From Eledone cirrhosa (Eukaryota): DNA of 64,000 nucleotides. The notes under the pieces are model-generated. The model was not told where the DNA came from. It searched no databases and saw nothing but the letters and a program-made list of their open reading frames with translations. Location of the stretch: NCBI GenBank assembly GCA_964016885.1, contig OZ024747.1:89652001-89716000 (forward strand), written 5' to 3'. Made by a program: the position numbers and the translations under genes. Shown here piece by piece: positions 1-13,368 of this stretch (position 1 is the first letter of the stretch; each line of letters begins with the position of its first letter).

Positions 1-82
1 TTTTCACAAGAGAAGACATCTCTCACCCACCCCAAAGTGGGTGGGAGATCTCCCCGTCGGACGGGGAGAGTTGACAAGTCTG
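1..82 (-). mobile_element. End of a MITE (CAGACCTGYCAAC-terminus family), cut by the window edge
   Basis: Reverse complement of 17884-17965 (cagacctgtcaactctc...tcttctcttgtgaaaa). Confidence 0.7.
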
Positions 83-372
83 CATCAATAAGTAGACGTG
101 TTCATGTTGAATCTAGTGTATAAGTTGATATATCGATAAACTATGCCTAAGTTCGACCTTTAGCTTTTCAACTTACTTAGGGCTCATTCATTCCTTTCTT
201 TAATAGGTTTTCATGCTTACACTGTTATTGATCTCTCGTATCTGAAATAAAATCTATAGCCAACGATGACCAACAAGATGATAATTAAAAGCTTTTCAGC
301 AATGCTTTTCACTCCCTAACCTTTTCTTCTTGTATCGTTATGACCATATCCTCCTCTCCCTTCCACCCCCAT

Positions 373-1538
373 CACTTCACATAGTACCTAGTCATACCAC
401 CACCAACATTTCACATATTACCTAGTCATACCACCACCAACACTTCACATATTACCTAGTCATACCACCACCAACACTTCACATATTATCTAGTCTTACC
501 ACCACCAACACTTCACATATTACCTAGTCATACCACCACCAACACTTCACATATTATCTAGTCATACCATCACCAACACTTCATATAGTACCTAGTCTTA
601 CCACCACCAACACTTCACATATTACCTAGTCATACCACCACAACACTTCACATATTATCTAGTCTTACCACCACCAACACTTCACATATTACCTAGTCAT
701 ACCACCACAACACTTCACATATTATCTAGTCTTACCACCACCAACACTTCACATATTACCTAGTCATACCACCACCAACACTTCACATATTATCTAGTCA
801 TACCATCACCAACACTTCATATAGTACCTAGTCTTACCACCACCAACACTTCACATATTATCTAGTCATACCACCACAACACTTCACATATTATCTAGTC
901 ATACCATCACCAACACTTCACATATTACCTAGTCATACCACCACAACACTTCACATATTATCTAGTCTTACCACCACCAACACTTCACATATTACCTAGT
1001 CATACCACCACAACACTTCACATATTATCTAGTCATACCATCACAACACTTCACATATTATCTAGTCATACCATCACAACACTTCACATATTACCTAGTC
1101 ATACCACCACCAACACTTCACATATTACCTAGTCATACCACCACAACACTTCACATATTATCTAGTCATACCGCCACCAACACTTCACATATTATCTAGT
1201 CATACCATCACAACACTTCACATATTATCTAGTCATACCATCACAACACTTCACATATTACCTAGTCATACCACCACCAACACTTCACATATTACCTAGT
1301 CATACCACCACAACACTTCACATATTACCTAGTCATACCACCACCAACACTTCACATATTACCTAGTCATACCACCACCAACACTTCACATATTATCTAG
1401 TCATACCCCACAACACTTCACATATTACCTAGTCATACCACCACCAACACTTCACATATTATCTAGTCATACCACCACCAACACTTCACATATTACCTAG
1501 TCATACCATCACAACACTTCACATATTACCTAGTCATA
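373..1538. repeat. Minisatellite, 33-34 bp unit, about 35 copies
   Basis: Unit cacttcacatatta(c/t)ctagtc(a/t)tacca(c/t)cac(c)aa repeated head to tail with no unique spacers. Confidence 0.95.
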
Positions 1539-1830
1539 CTTCGACTGTTGCCCTTTATATCACGCTGCAGCTGTAAAAGAAACACGGTTTTATTTGTTAT
1601 ATAAATTAACTTTCCTGCCAAATCCGTTCCTTCATCATACCATATGGTCACGAACGTAAGATTTAGAATTCCTTTCTTACGATGTAATATGGTACCCCCT
1701 GTACCGGTATCACTGAGTATGTTGTAACAGTCATGTATTTGTACTTCGCAGATATATGTTGAGTTCGCTAGTGCATGTATATGTGTGTTTGTTTGCGGAG
1801 ATATTTAAGTTCGATAGAGAATGTATAGAC

Positions 1831-2172
1831 AGCGAATTAGCAGAGTTGTTAAAACATAGGATAGAATGCTTTATGGTATTCATTCCAGCTCTCTGCTTTC
1901 GGAGTTCAAATCCCGCCGAGTTCAACCTTGCCTTTTATCCTTTCGAGGTTGATAAATAAAGTACCAGTCTAGTACTGGGGTCGATTCTTCCTCTATATCT
2001 CTTTCTCATTTCCATTCTTTCACTTCCTATCTTTCTCTGGAAGAAATCTGCTGTATTGATGATGCCTGGGGAGAGATGAGCTCTGCTAGGCTTAAAGAAA
2101 TGCCCAAGACACGCCATATGTCAAAACGGTGCCCCTACGACTCAACCAGAAGTTATGGGACCATACCATACT
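1831..2172 (+). mobile_element. tRNA-derived SINE, family A (long form)
   Basis: B-box GAGTTCAAATCC, then core gccttttatcctttcgaggttgataaataaagtaccagt. Homologous to 11925-12250, 10500-10812 and 8850-9170. Confidence 0.85.
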
Positions 2173-2269
2173 ACAGTATGTATATGTGTATGCGAGTCTA
2201 TATGTAGAGATATTTGGGTTCGCTAGAGTATGTATGTGTGTGTGTGTGTGTGTATGTATGTGTGTCTAA

Positions 2270-2550
2270 TTCTAAAGTCTGTCTTAAGCCAGAAGGCTGA
2301 TTTGGCCGTTGCTTATCCCGGTTTCATGGCGTGAAGCCACTGAGAGTACAAGACTCCCCCCTTGACAGGACGCCAGTCTATCGCAGGGTTAAACCTCCAG
2401 CTATTGCTGGTACTCATTTTTAGCTGAGTATACTGGAGCAACGTGAAATGAAGTGTTTTGCTCAAGAACACAACACGCAACCCAGGAATCGAGCCCACGA
2501 CATTATGATCGTAAGTCCAACACCCTTACCACTAGGCCACGTGCCTCCAC
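2270..2550 (-). mobile_element. tRNA-derived SINE, family B
   Basis: Minus strand: A-box TGGCCTAGTGG, B-box GGCTCGATTCC, CORE-like tgttcttgagcaaaacact, and a tail shared with 3150-3400. Confidence 0.85.
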
Positions 2551-2764
2551 GTGTGTGTCTATATGTAGAAATATTTGAATTAACTAGTGTATGTATATGT
2601 GTGTGTGTCTATATGTAGAGAGAAATATATATGTAGAGATATTTGAGTTCGCTAGTGTATATTAAAGCGATGAAATACCAATGAAGGTTGGAAGATCACT
2701 GATGAAGGACTAATTTTATTCATATGTAACCCATGTGCAACCACGCAGCACTCCATTTTTTAAA

Positions 2765-2821
<57 letters not shown>

Positions 2822-2861
2822 GATATTAATAAATGGAAACTATATTTATAAAACCATATTT

Positions 2862-2924
2862 ATTTCATTATATATATTTCAAGGATACCAAGTTAAATTA
2901 TGGTATGCCTTCATCAGACAAAAT
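2862..2924 (-). ncRNA. Minimal type I hammerhead ribozyme in a solo pLTR-like fragment
   Basis: Minus strand: attttgt-CTGATGA-aggcatacca..tggtatcctt-GAAA-tatata-TA-atgaaat. Similar to the HHR at 57456-57520; about 40 bp from a (TA)n tract. Confidence 0.8.
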
Positions 2925-3066
2925 ACAATATATAACAGTTTTATAAATAGACATTGACGTACCCTTTTAAAAAGTGACCGTTGCTTTTGGAGGCCATCAG
3001 GATAGTGATTTGTTTACTTTAGTAAGTCATAGTGTTAAGAGTAAGTAAAAAGATATATATATATAT

Positions 3067-3822
3067 GTACTCACAACTTCACGATTGTGAGTTCAGCACT
3101 CTAACCACTAAGCCATGCATCTTCACAAGCTTGGCTTAAGTTTAAAAAAAGTTGAAGTCTGTTCTAAGCTGAAGGCTCATCAGGCCGCTGCTTATCCTTG
3201 GTTTCTTTGACATTAAGCGACTGAGAGTACAAGACTTTCTCTCTCTGGAAAGGACGCCAGTCTATCGCAGTATTAACACACCAGCTACTGCTGGTACTCA
3301 CTCATCATCATCATCATCATCATCGCCAGTTTCCTTAGCGTTAAACGACTGATATTACAAGAGCCTCCTTGGAAAGGACGCAGGTCTATCGAAGGATTAA
3401 GTTCGAGTAGCGTTCAGAGGAGGGGGTTGGTGACGGTGCGTTGGCTCCGGGAATCCTTTGGATGGGGGCATCATTTTGGGAAAAGAACATAATAAATTTG
3501 ATTGATTTATATTAAAATCGAATAAAGCGTTTATTTCGTGTTTCATCTGTGTTTATATATTCAAAATGTTTTTCTTTCTCAACATTTCTCAGTATATTAG
3601 GCCTTATACTTGAGTCTTTGGGGCATACAATCAAGATTTGCCCCGGGAATCACCAGAGTTCTGCACGCCGCTGTTAACTTCCCAGCTGGTACCCACTCTT
3701 AGCCTAGTATACTGGAACAAAGTGAAATAAAGTGTTTTGCTCAAGAACACAAAGCAGCAGCCTGTCTATGAATTGAACCGATGACATTGCGATCATACGA
3801 CAAGCATCCTAACCGTTAGGCT
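3067..3822 (-). mobile_element. Cluster of family-B SINE copies, one split by a MITE
   Basis: Segments homologous to 2270-2550 at 3067-3127, 3150-3300, 3325-3400 and 3674-3822. Confidence 0.75.
3405..3673. mobile_element. hAT-like MITE nested in a SINE
   Basis: Imperfect TIRs gagtagcgttcaga / tctgcacgccgctg; 8-bp TSD ttaagttc / ttaacttc. Confidence 0.7.
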
Positions 3823-3828
3823 TACTAA

Positions 3829-4205
3829 CAGTGCAAGATAAACCATCGTGCTTAGGTGTGCACAGGGCCCTTTCGGCCAGGGGATAGGGAATCTTCCAGC
3901 ACCCAAAATCTTTTACCTCCTTCAGGGCCCAAGTAAGGGGTCTCATAACTTAACTATAGGGAGGCTACTGAAAAACTGAATGATATAAAACAAAAATAAC
4001 TTTTACAAACACATGGTGTTTTTATTTTTTAATTATTTTATTTGGAAGTATAAGTAATGGATTTTTTTCCAGTATTATGTGTGAAAAACAACAACGGGTG
4101 CTCTATAACCTGCAAAAAAAAAAAGATAAAAAAGATTGAAAACGAATAAGTTTTTCAGTGGCCACCCTGTAGCACAGGTCCTCATTTGTCCTAATTCCAG
4201 CACTG
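3829..4205. mobile_element. Degenerate MITE
   Basis: cagtgc...gcactg termini, internal gggccc motifs, similar ttacta flanks. Confidence 0.45.
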
Positions 4206-4514
4206 TTTTACTAGTCACTAACAAAGTCATCAGGCCAGACGAAAAAAAAAAGGCAACGTGAAGTACATGTGGGAAGATTTTCAAATCTATTGGTGGCTTC
4301 AAAAGACAGTGCTATCTATTGGAATATATTCCTGTAACTGGTGTTTTCCTACGTAGCATCGTTATAAGGTCTGCCAAAAATATGAAGAAACCTGGCGACC
4401 CAAGTGAGCTATTGTCAAGAGGATGATTCTTTTAATGTACAGATGTGTGCGTCTGTCAGCATGTGTACATAACTCTAAACATACCTGCATACGTACTGAG
4501 ATACATTCATATTT

Positions 4515-4770
4515 CTGACTTGTCGACTCTCCCCGTCCCACGGGGAGATCTCCAACCTATTTTATTTTATTTTATTTTATTTTACTTTACTTTACTTTAC
4601 TTTACGTTACGTTACTTTACTTTTTCATTTCATTTCATTTCATTTCATTTCAATTAATTTCATTTTATTTTATTTTTATTTTATTATGTAAAATCTCTCC
4701 ATTTCTCCCCGTTTTGGGGCTTCTTTTTCCATGGTACTCCCCGCTTGGTTTTTAGAGGTTGGCAGGTCTG
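4515..4770 (+). mobile_element. MITE (CAGACCTGYCAAC family) with internal (TTTTA)n
   Basis: ctgacttgtcgac...gttggcaggtctg; both ends match 17884-18224. Confidence 0.7.
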
Positions 4771-5082
4771 GTATTTAAATAGTAATGTCTAAATTCCAAC
4801 AATAATGTGAGTAAACAGGTGAAACTGCAGAATAGCAAACAAGACGCATCACTTAGCCATAGGCTATAATAAAGCATAGACATACATACACACACATATA
4901 TATATATACACACATACACATACACACATACATATACTTATATACACACACACTCACTCACACACATATATATATACACATACACACATATATATATATA
5001 TATACATATATACACACTCACTCACACACATATATATATATACACATACACACATATATATATACACACACACATATATAAC

Positions 5083-5140
<58 letters not shown>

Positions 5141-5394
5141 TGGGGCAACACATATTTGTGTATGTAGGAAATATACAGTCCGTGATTCAAAACCTAAATA
5201 ACATAAATAACTTTCAACTGCAAATAAGAAAATTATTTTTAGGGGTGGCTTACATTACTGACATAGTTTCTTACCCCTGTTTTAACCCCCTCACCCTTCC
5301 ATATCCTTCTTAAACCATTATCCTTTTTCCTTCTTCTTACCTTCTCGTCTTCCAACGCTCTCATCACGTCCCTGTTTCACTTCTAAAAACCTCT

Positions 5395-6030
5395 CCTCTA
5401 CCCCAGTATAATAACTACATCTCCCCACCCTCCTATGATAACTACCTCACCCCCACCCCAGTATAATAACTACATCTCCCCACCCTCCTATGATAACTAC
5501 CTCACCCCCACCCAGTACAATAACTACCTCTCCCCACCCTCTAATAATCACTACCTCTCCTACCCCCGTATAAAAACCACCCCTCTCCCCCACCCTCATA
5601 TAGTAACTACCCACCCCTACCCTCCTATAGTAACCACTTCTCTCCCCTTCCCTCTTCTTCCCTTAGCTTAATTTCCTTTACCCTATACTTTTCCCCACCC
5701 TTCATTCACAAACCCTTCTTTCTTAACTCCCTCCCACCCAGTTTTTCTCTCTCTCTCTCTCATACCCTCTCTCTCTTTCACTCATGAACCTCCCCCCTCT
5801 TGTTTCAACGTAATTTCCATATCCCTGCTCCTCCCTCAGTTTTTTCTCTCTCTCATACACTCTCTTTCTCACTCATGAACTTCCCTCCCCCTCTCTTGTT
5901 TCAACGTAATTTCCTTATCTCTGTTCCCCCCTCAGTTTCTCTCTCTTTTTCTCTCATACACTCTCTCTCCCTCTCACTCATGAACTCCCCTCCCCTCTCT
6001 TATTTCAACGTAGTTTCCTTATCCCTGCTC
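5395..6030. repeat. Pyrimidine-rich degenerate tandem repeats (about 27 bp unit, then about 105 bp unit)
   Basis: Recurrent ataactacctc.cccca (5395-5640); three copies of ctcatgaac..tttcaacgta..atccctgctc (5740-6030). Confidence 0.75.
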
Positions 6031-6365
6031 CCCCCCCCCCACCACCACCTTCCCATATATTGCTCATCCTTTCCGTTCTTTTCTTTCGTCTTTCAAAATC
6101 GATTGAAAGATAAAAGAGGTAATCTTTAGGCTTCCCTACAAGAATCTATTTTTATAACTTTTGAATTAGACACGATCTCGTAACACCCATCACCACCACC
6201 ATTACCATCACCACCACCACCATTACCATCACCATCACCATTACCATCACCACTAGCATCACCATCACCACCATCATCACCATCACCACCATTGATATCC
6301 ATATACACTCACTCTTTCTCTCGCCTTTTTCTCTCTATGCTACATAAAGCTTACCATCTCTGAAC

Positions 6366-6430
<65 letters not shown>

Positions 6431-6466
6431 CTCTCTCTATGCTACATAAGGGTTACTATCTCAGTG

Positions 6467-6503
<37 letters not shown>

Positions 6504-6888
6504 TACATAAGGGTTACCACCTCACTTTCTCCCCACCCCCTCTCTCCCCTAGATTATCATACATCTCTATCTACCTATCTATCTATCCCCCCCCCTCCCT
6601 CTCCCAGATAAGGTTAACTTACGTCTATATTGCTCTGCTAGAACCCATTAGCTTCGTTGACTAACGTAACAGTATCCACGTGGCATTAGATGTCTTCGTT
6701 TCTTTTAAGGGCAATTCTGCTGCAGAGACAACAGCAGGATTTATTGCCTCTACTACAAGATGGCAAACTGGCTTATTAAATGCCTTGCGGTATTTGTTCT
6801 GGCTCTCTGTGCTCAGATCCCGCTAATGTGAACTTTGCGTTTCCTGTTTCGGAGTCGATAATACTACCAGTCTAGGGTTGGGTTGGGA

Positions 6889-7168
6889 CAGGGTTGGATT
6901 AAGACCTTGGGGAGCAGGAGCCACTTCAGGTTTAAGGGGCCCCACATACACAAAAAATTAGAATGCACAGCAATTCCCCCCGCCCCCAATTTTACATTGG
7001 CGAAAGTAATTGGAATTGAAAAGTTATACATACAGGTATTAAATTTAAAAATTCTAGCCATCCCAAAACTAAAAAAGCCCAGCTGAGGGCACAAATACAT
7101 TGCTACGGCCGTCGCTGCCGCAGGCCCGAGGCAATTACACCTTTTTCCTTCCATTAAATCCTGCCCTG
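6889..7168. mobile_element. hAT-like MITE at the 3' end of a decayed family-A SINE
   Basis: TIRs cagggttggatt / aatcctgccctg; similar flanks gttggga / attgggg. Confidence 0.65.
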
Positions 7169-7417
7169 ATTGGGGTTGAGGTTGATGGCTGTGGGACGCC
7201 TTGCAGTGTGTGTTCTGGCTCTATGCAAATTCCATCTCCTGTCACCGGAAAATGCTTAATAGCATGATACGACTGGAGCTCCTATCAATAAGATACTCCA
7301 CCAAAACTTGCTCTGAGATGCAACCTTATAAGAGGCCGACTAAACTTACACATGTGTGAGCTGTATCAACAATAAACACTACAAAACAATAAGGGTTCCA
7401 TTGATTTTGTTTCATTA

Positions 7418-7802
7418 TCTTCTTCTTCTTCGCCTACTTATTCCTTAGAGGATCGAGTCCTCAAATATTCCTTCCAGGAAGTCCTGTCAGAAGCAACCGT
7501 CTCCAACTGATCCGACTGGATCCCCAAGCGAGACCGGCCAAGCTGGTAGATGTTATCCAACCATCTTGCTCGGAGTTATCCCTGGGTCTCCTACTAGTTG
7601 GTTTTTCCCGTTAAATCTGTCCAGCGATTCTTTCCTGAGACATTCTAACCACATGCCCGTAGTATCGGAGCTGTGATCTCTCAATTCGGAAAAGAAGCGG
7701 CTCTACCTGGATTGAGGCTCTGATCTCCGAACTATGCACTCTATCGAGTAACGCTACTCCAAAGATCCTTCGGGGTAACCCCATTTCGGCCGTTTGTATT
7801 AG
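7418..7802 (-). mobile_element. RTE-clade LINE 3' fragment
   Basis: Minus translation IQTAEMGLPRRIFGV..RIERSQLRYYGHVVRM, ending in a (GAA)n tail. Confidence 0.8.
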
Positions 7803-8849
7803 TTTGTGTGTTCATTTTACAGTAGCTGATAGTCATAAAATCGGACGGCTACTCTAATATGAACACACAAAACTTTTTTTAATTTTTCATCGAAATATGA
7901 AACCCAATAGTAAAGGATATTAGTTTATAATGGATTCTGCGCAACTTCCGCTTACCAGGTGATTGATGCCGGTGAGGGCACCTGGTTGTTTCAGCACCTT
8001 AGCCTCGGCATCACCCGTGGTAATGATCCGAGCGTGTTGGCTTGCCTTAAAATATTCCGTTAACCCTTGTGATGTGCGGCCGATTGTTGCACTTGTTGGT
8101 GAATTGATGGTAGTTTTTGTTTTGTCTACTTTCCCTTTTTTTTTCATTCTCTCGCTCTGGTCATGTATTTTGGTGGATTATATTTGTGAGGTTCCTAGCA
8201 ATAGTTAATTATATTCATTATGTGTTTATATTTGCGTTTTCATTGTGAAGGAATTGTGAGCATTTGTAACGTTATTTATGTATATATTTAAAACTTAATA
8301 AAAATACGTGGATACAAAAAATAAAATCATGCAAAGTCAACTCATGGCAATAATACGAAACACTTTTTCCTCCAAAGAAGCGGTCCATGCGATCGAACCC
8401 AGAAGGACACTGTTGTGAAACAAGTTTCTTTGCCATGCAACAATATTTCTGTCCGATCGTGTGCTTGTTTAATTTTTCACTGAAGACACAGTGCCTACGT
8501 AAAAATAAAACAACAAAACCCCTCACGAACCAACAAGAGAAATTTAGAGTGAGCTTCTTTGCCATGCCACAACCTGTATGTCTCTCGTGTGCTTTTTTCT
8601 TTTTCATTTCGTAGACTCGTGCATCCTTAACATAGTTCTTACAAAGATTCAGCGTGACTGTGTGTAACAAAACTGAGCCTTTCGAGTACAAGTGGAGGTT
8701 ATTTTTGCCAGCTGAGTGAACTGGAGCAAAATGAAATAAAGTGTCTTGCTCAAGAAGACAATTCGTCACCAGGAATCGAACTCACAACCTTACAAACATG
8801 AGACACATATTGATGAAAATTGTACCAATTGTTAGATCTTATCAAAGCA

Positions 8850-9170
8850 GGCATGCATGGTCCCGTAACTACTGATGGAGTGATAAGAGCGCCATATTGA
8901 CAAACGGCGTTTCTAGAGCATTTTTTAAAAACCTGACAGAGCCAATCCCTCTCCAGGTTTGAATACAGCAAACTTCTTCCAGAGAAGGATAGATAGTGAG
9001 AGAGATAGGAAATGAGGCAGAATCAATAAAAAAAGTACTAGACAAGTACTTTTTTTTATCGACCTCGAAAGGATGAAAGGCATAGTTGACCTCAGTGGGA
9101 TTTGAACTCAGAGAGGAGAAACAAATATCACAAAAACATTCTATCCGACGTTCTAACGACCCCAAAGCAG
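8850..9170 (-). mobile_element. SINE family A (long form)
   Basis: Reverse complement of 11925-12250. Confidence 0.8.
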
Positions 9171-10499
9171 GCATACTTGAATATTATCATCTAATGCCTA
9201 AACAACTCAGTCTGATGAAATATGTGATCACTTTTATATAAAAGGAAGGAGTATCAATTTATAAACATCCTTATTCTGTCATTGAGCCTTTACATACAAC
9301 ATCCATATCATGGCCTAGAAAAATATCTGTTATTACCGTGCTTAAAAATGGATGACATCATAGCAACAGAATACACTCATCGCAACTAACAGCTTCCCCT
9401 ACTTCCTTATCTAATGCGAATATCCATTTCAATGTATTTACACAAATCATTTTTACTACAAAGCCATATATACTATGTAGTCATTCATCATCATTATCAT
9501 CATCATCGTTATCATTAACATCATTTAACGTTCATTTTCCCAGCTAGCAAATCTGTATTTCTTCGGAGTTACTGACCTCTCAGACGAACCGGAGTTACAT
9601 CTTCTTTACATACACTTCAGTATTTTATAGAGTGCACTGGGGGCGTTTAATCGTGGCACCAACATGACCGCTTTACAGAGTGTACTGGGTGCGTTTTATC
9701 GTGGCACCAACACTAGGGAGGTTATGTTTTCTCTACCCTTTGTTTGTCAAGCTTTATTAATTTCAAATAAAGTTCATTTGACGAGCTTCCGAACAGTTTG
9801 TATGGTGTTATGACATGATTTGGCATGGGTGAGTGTGGAATGTGTAGTATAAAATGCTGGCTTAGTAATTTTCTTGGTGTGATCGGAACAAGAAATGTAA
9901 AAAAAAAAAACATAAAAAAACTGGGTTTGTCAGTGTGCCAAACTGTAATTTGAAATTATTTTATTTGAAAGAATAGGATGGACAATTGGGAGAATGAGCG
10001 CATTTTGTATGGATAACTTAGGGTGCTAAATATTCGGGCACTGGCTCTGCTTTTATGGTAAGAAGATTCTGAACAATTTACCAGGCATTGATTGGCTGTT
10101 TCTTTTTGTTCCGGTCGCCATCGAGACCTCGGATGTCTCCGAGTCTCTGGACGGCCGTTTCCCTGTACCCAAATCTCGAGAAAAGCATCTCACCCGAGGG
10201 ATAAGCTCTGTGAGATGAAATAGCTGATGCAGTCAGGCCGGACTTTTACTTTTTTCAGCCCAGTATCACTTCCAAGGCTTGAGTTGACCGTGACTAGAGC
10301 ATGTTACACATGCTAAATCTCCACGCAAGGACCGAAAGCCTGATCATTGTAAAGTGAACTTAACCATTCGGTCATGCTGTAAATGGGTACAAAATATCTT
10401 CCAAATAAATAAGTTTCAATATCGCAACACAGCATATATATAAACACTTGCCATCAAAGCTGTGAATATTTGGGCTTCCAATAATGGATTTTATACCTA

Positions 10500-10812
10500 T
10501 GCATGCAAGGTTCCATAACTCCCAAAGGAGTCGTAGGGGCGCCGTATTGAAATACGGCGTTTCTTGGGCATTTTAAGCCTGGCGGAACCCATTCTTCTCC
10601 AGGCCTGAGTATAGCAGATTTCTTACAGAGAAAGATAGAAAGTGAGAGAGAGGAAATGAGAAAGAGATATAGACGAAGAATCCACTCCAGTACTGGACTG
10701 GTACTTTTTTTTATTGACCTCGAAAGGATGAAAGTCAAAGTTGATCTCGGTGGGATTTGAACTCAGAGAGCAGAGAACCGGAACGTTCTAACGACTCTGC
10801 AAATTCGCCGCC
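10500..10812 (-). mobile_element. SINE family A (long form)
   Basis: Reverse complement of 11925-12250; head ggcggcgaatttgcagagtcg. Confidence 0.85.
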
Positions 10813-11320
10813 TTCTAGAAAGATTATGATTGGTTAAATTGTTCTCATGTTATCAGAAAACGGTAATACAGCATAAAGAAAAACATTAAGTGTGAAACAA
10901 ACTACTGAAGAACAATTTCACAACAAAAACATCACATTTTGGAACATACCAAGTAACTTCTACAACATATTGTTGGAGCGAAAGTCGAATTACGAAATGA
11001 GGTTGGACTAGATCCGCCAAAATGGGATAAGACAAGATCAGAAATTGAGGTGTGTCAATTTGATCGATATATTAAAGAGTAGATAGCTTTGCAAGTATTA
11101 TTCTATATAACAGGAAATTCTGACGAAAGTGCATTCCTGTGTACTAGAAGAAAATACTAAGAAATATAATTGCTGCTCTGGACAACTGCCAATGGAAGTA
11201 TTGAAAGCAAATATACAGTTAAGTCTAAATAAAACTTCACTGAAAGGTTCGGTAATATTACTTACCAGTTTTCAACTTTCTTGTGACTTCAAACACCACA
11301 GAGTATCTCAACATAAATAA

Positions 11321-11570
11321 CACTGATCAACAAAATTTCGCTTTTTTTCTGCTGACCTAAGTTTGAATAATTTGGGATCCCTGAGTTTAAAAATGACAAT
11401 ACTTTTTTTTTTCCAATGAGGGTATACGCAATATCTGTGTTTGTGGGATAGCAAGACAAACATGGAAACCTGATGTGTTAGGGAAACATGGATGCAATAT
11501 TTGTAATAGGCAGCTCAAAATTAGCTAAAAACAACAAAACCTAAGTCAGCAAAAAGTGTGTTGACCAATG
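11321..11570. mobile_element. Non-autonomous DNA transposon remnant
   Basis: TIRs cactgatcaaca / tgttgaccaatg; internal inverted gctgacctaag / ctaagtcagc. Confidence 0.55.
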
Positions 11571-11649
11571 CAATCAATTAGTATTGAAGAATATCAGAAT
11601 CAGTAAAGTGTGCAGTGATACCACCAGGCCCTATGTTGGGTAGACTCAC

Positions 11650-11855
11650 CTGGCAAAAACGAATTGTATCTGTAATTTGAAGGGCCAATCTTGTCACATT
11701 CTGTGTTATGCTGACTCTCCCTGAGGACAACGTTATGGGTACGCGCATTTGTGGAATGCTCAGCTATTTGCACGTTAATTCCACGCGCAGGCTGTTTCGT
11801 TTATCATTTAATTGGAACACTCATCGTCTAAACGACGGAGTACCGCTACAACTAT
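11650..11855 (+). mobile_element. SINE 3' segment, family C
   Basis: Homologous to 12617-12805 and to the reverse complement of 35015-35090. Confidence 0.7.
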
Positions 11856-11924
11856 GTGGTGTAGATATGTTTCTGAATTCGTCTGCTCCTTTGAGTTTTT
11901 TTATATTTCCCTAATGCTTATGTA

Positions 11925-12250
11925 GGCGGAGAATTGGCAGAGTCGTTAGAACATAGGATAGAATACTTTATGGTATTCGTTCCGGCTCTCAGAGTTCAAA
12001 TCCCGCCGAGGTCAACTTTGCCTTTCATCCTTTCGAGGTCGATAAAAAAGAACCAGTCTAATACTGGGGTGGATTCTTCCTCTATATCTCTTTCTCATTT
12101 CCTCTCTCCCACTATCTTTCTTTCTCTGGAAGAAATCTGCTGTACTCGGGCCTGGAGAGGGATGGGCTCCGCAAGGGTTAAATTGCCCAAGAAACGCCGT
12201 ACGTGAAAACGGCGCTCCTACTACTCTATAGTTGAGTTACGGGAGCATAC
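11925..12250 (+). mobile_element. SINE family A (long form)
   Basis: A-box-like TGGCAGAGTCG, B-box GAGTTCAAATCC, core ctttgcctttcatcctttcgaggtcgata. Confidence 0.9.
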
Positions 12251-12449
12251 ATAGATTATGGGGTTTATTAGGTGCATTTTCACTTATATAGCCGATACCA
12301 CGAACAAAAGGCAGTCCCTAGAACTTCAGGTATTTTGTTGAGGTAGGAAATAAATAGTTATTGCATTTACACCATCCTCCAGAGTGAAATGAGTTAAATG
12401 AAAAGTTCCGAGTTGTTTGTCACTCTCGCCGTCGGAAGGTAGCGATTAT

Positions 12450-12805
12450 AACATGGCCGAATGGTTAAGAAGTTTACATCGCAATCATCAGGTCCCAGAT
12501 TCGATTCCACTACGTAGCATCTTTGGCACGTGTCAGTTACCATAGCCTTGGATCGACCTATCCCTTGTGGGCGAAATATTGTAGACAGAAACTGTTTGGA
12601 AGCCCGTCGGATGAACTGCACTTGTAATTCAAACTGGCCAGCCTTGTTACATATTGTATCACGCTGAATCTCCCTGAGAATTACATTATGGGTACACGCG
12701 CCTGTGGAATGCTCAACTACTTACACGTTAATTTCATGAGCAAGCTGTTTCGTTGATTGAAGAACAACTAGAATACTCGACGTCGAAACCGACGGACGTC
12801 CATTC
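12450..12805 (+). mobile_element. tRNA-head SINE joined to a family-C tail
   Basis: A-box TGGCCGAATGG, B-box GATTCGATTCC. Confidence 0.7.
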
Positions 12806-13021
12806 CATATTGGAAATCTGTAACCAACGACGCAATTGTTCACTGTCTGCAATATGAAATAAACAATAGCTCTCCAGTACACTCGCAGGCGCCCCAGTAC
12901 CGGTGCCAACGTCTTTAGACCGACACAATTTCACACGCACAAATAAATACATCTGCACGCAAACAGCAATTAGGCGCGCACTTGTTAACACATGTACACA
13001 TATATATATATATATATATAT

Positions 13022-13268
13022 AACGAAGGAAATGTGGTAAGGAACCAGGTGGACCATAACGCACCAAAGTACTCAATACTTAGGGTAGTAGAGTGGGTAA
13101 TAGGAACGAGTAGGACACCGACGGCTGAGCTCAAGCCGTTTCGACGGCTAATTCTGGACTGAATTAGCCGTCGGGGTCCTACTCGTCCCTATATATATAT
13201 ATATATGAGTTCAGATATAGCTGTCGAAACGGCCGGAGCTCAGCCGTCGGGGTCCTGATTCTTTCCCT
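13022..13268 (-). mobile_element. Fold-back mini-element family F (pLTR-like), two pieces in (TA)n
   Basis: aacgaaggaaatgtggtaagg tail plus palindrome; homologs at 26123, 51838, 52193 and 52795. Confidence 0.8.
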
Positions 13269-13312
13269 ATATATATATATATATATATACATCTCTCTCT
13301 CTCTGTATGTAT

Positions 13313-13368
<56 letters not shown>

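Noticed and set aside
373-1538. CRISPR-like periodicity
   Set aside because: No unique spacers, eukaryotic context, and no cas genes.
2470-2550. tRNA-like A/B boxes here and at other SINE heads
   Set aside because: No cloverleaf; they continue into SINE bodies, so they are not tRNA genes.
2695-2745. CTGATGAagg possible hammerhead
   Set aside because: No downstream GAAA or stem II partner; at most a deleted remnant.
8272-8769. 165-aa minus-strand ORF
   Set aside because: Overlaps a SINE fragment and has no recognisable domain.
9205-9240. CTGATGA motif (similar hits near 8480, 10905, 51040 and minus-strand 3178, 15376)
   Set aside because: No stem II, GAAA and UH arrangement.
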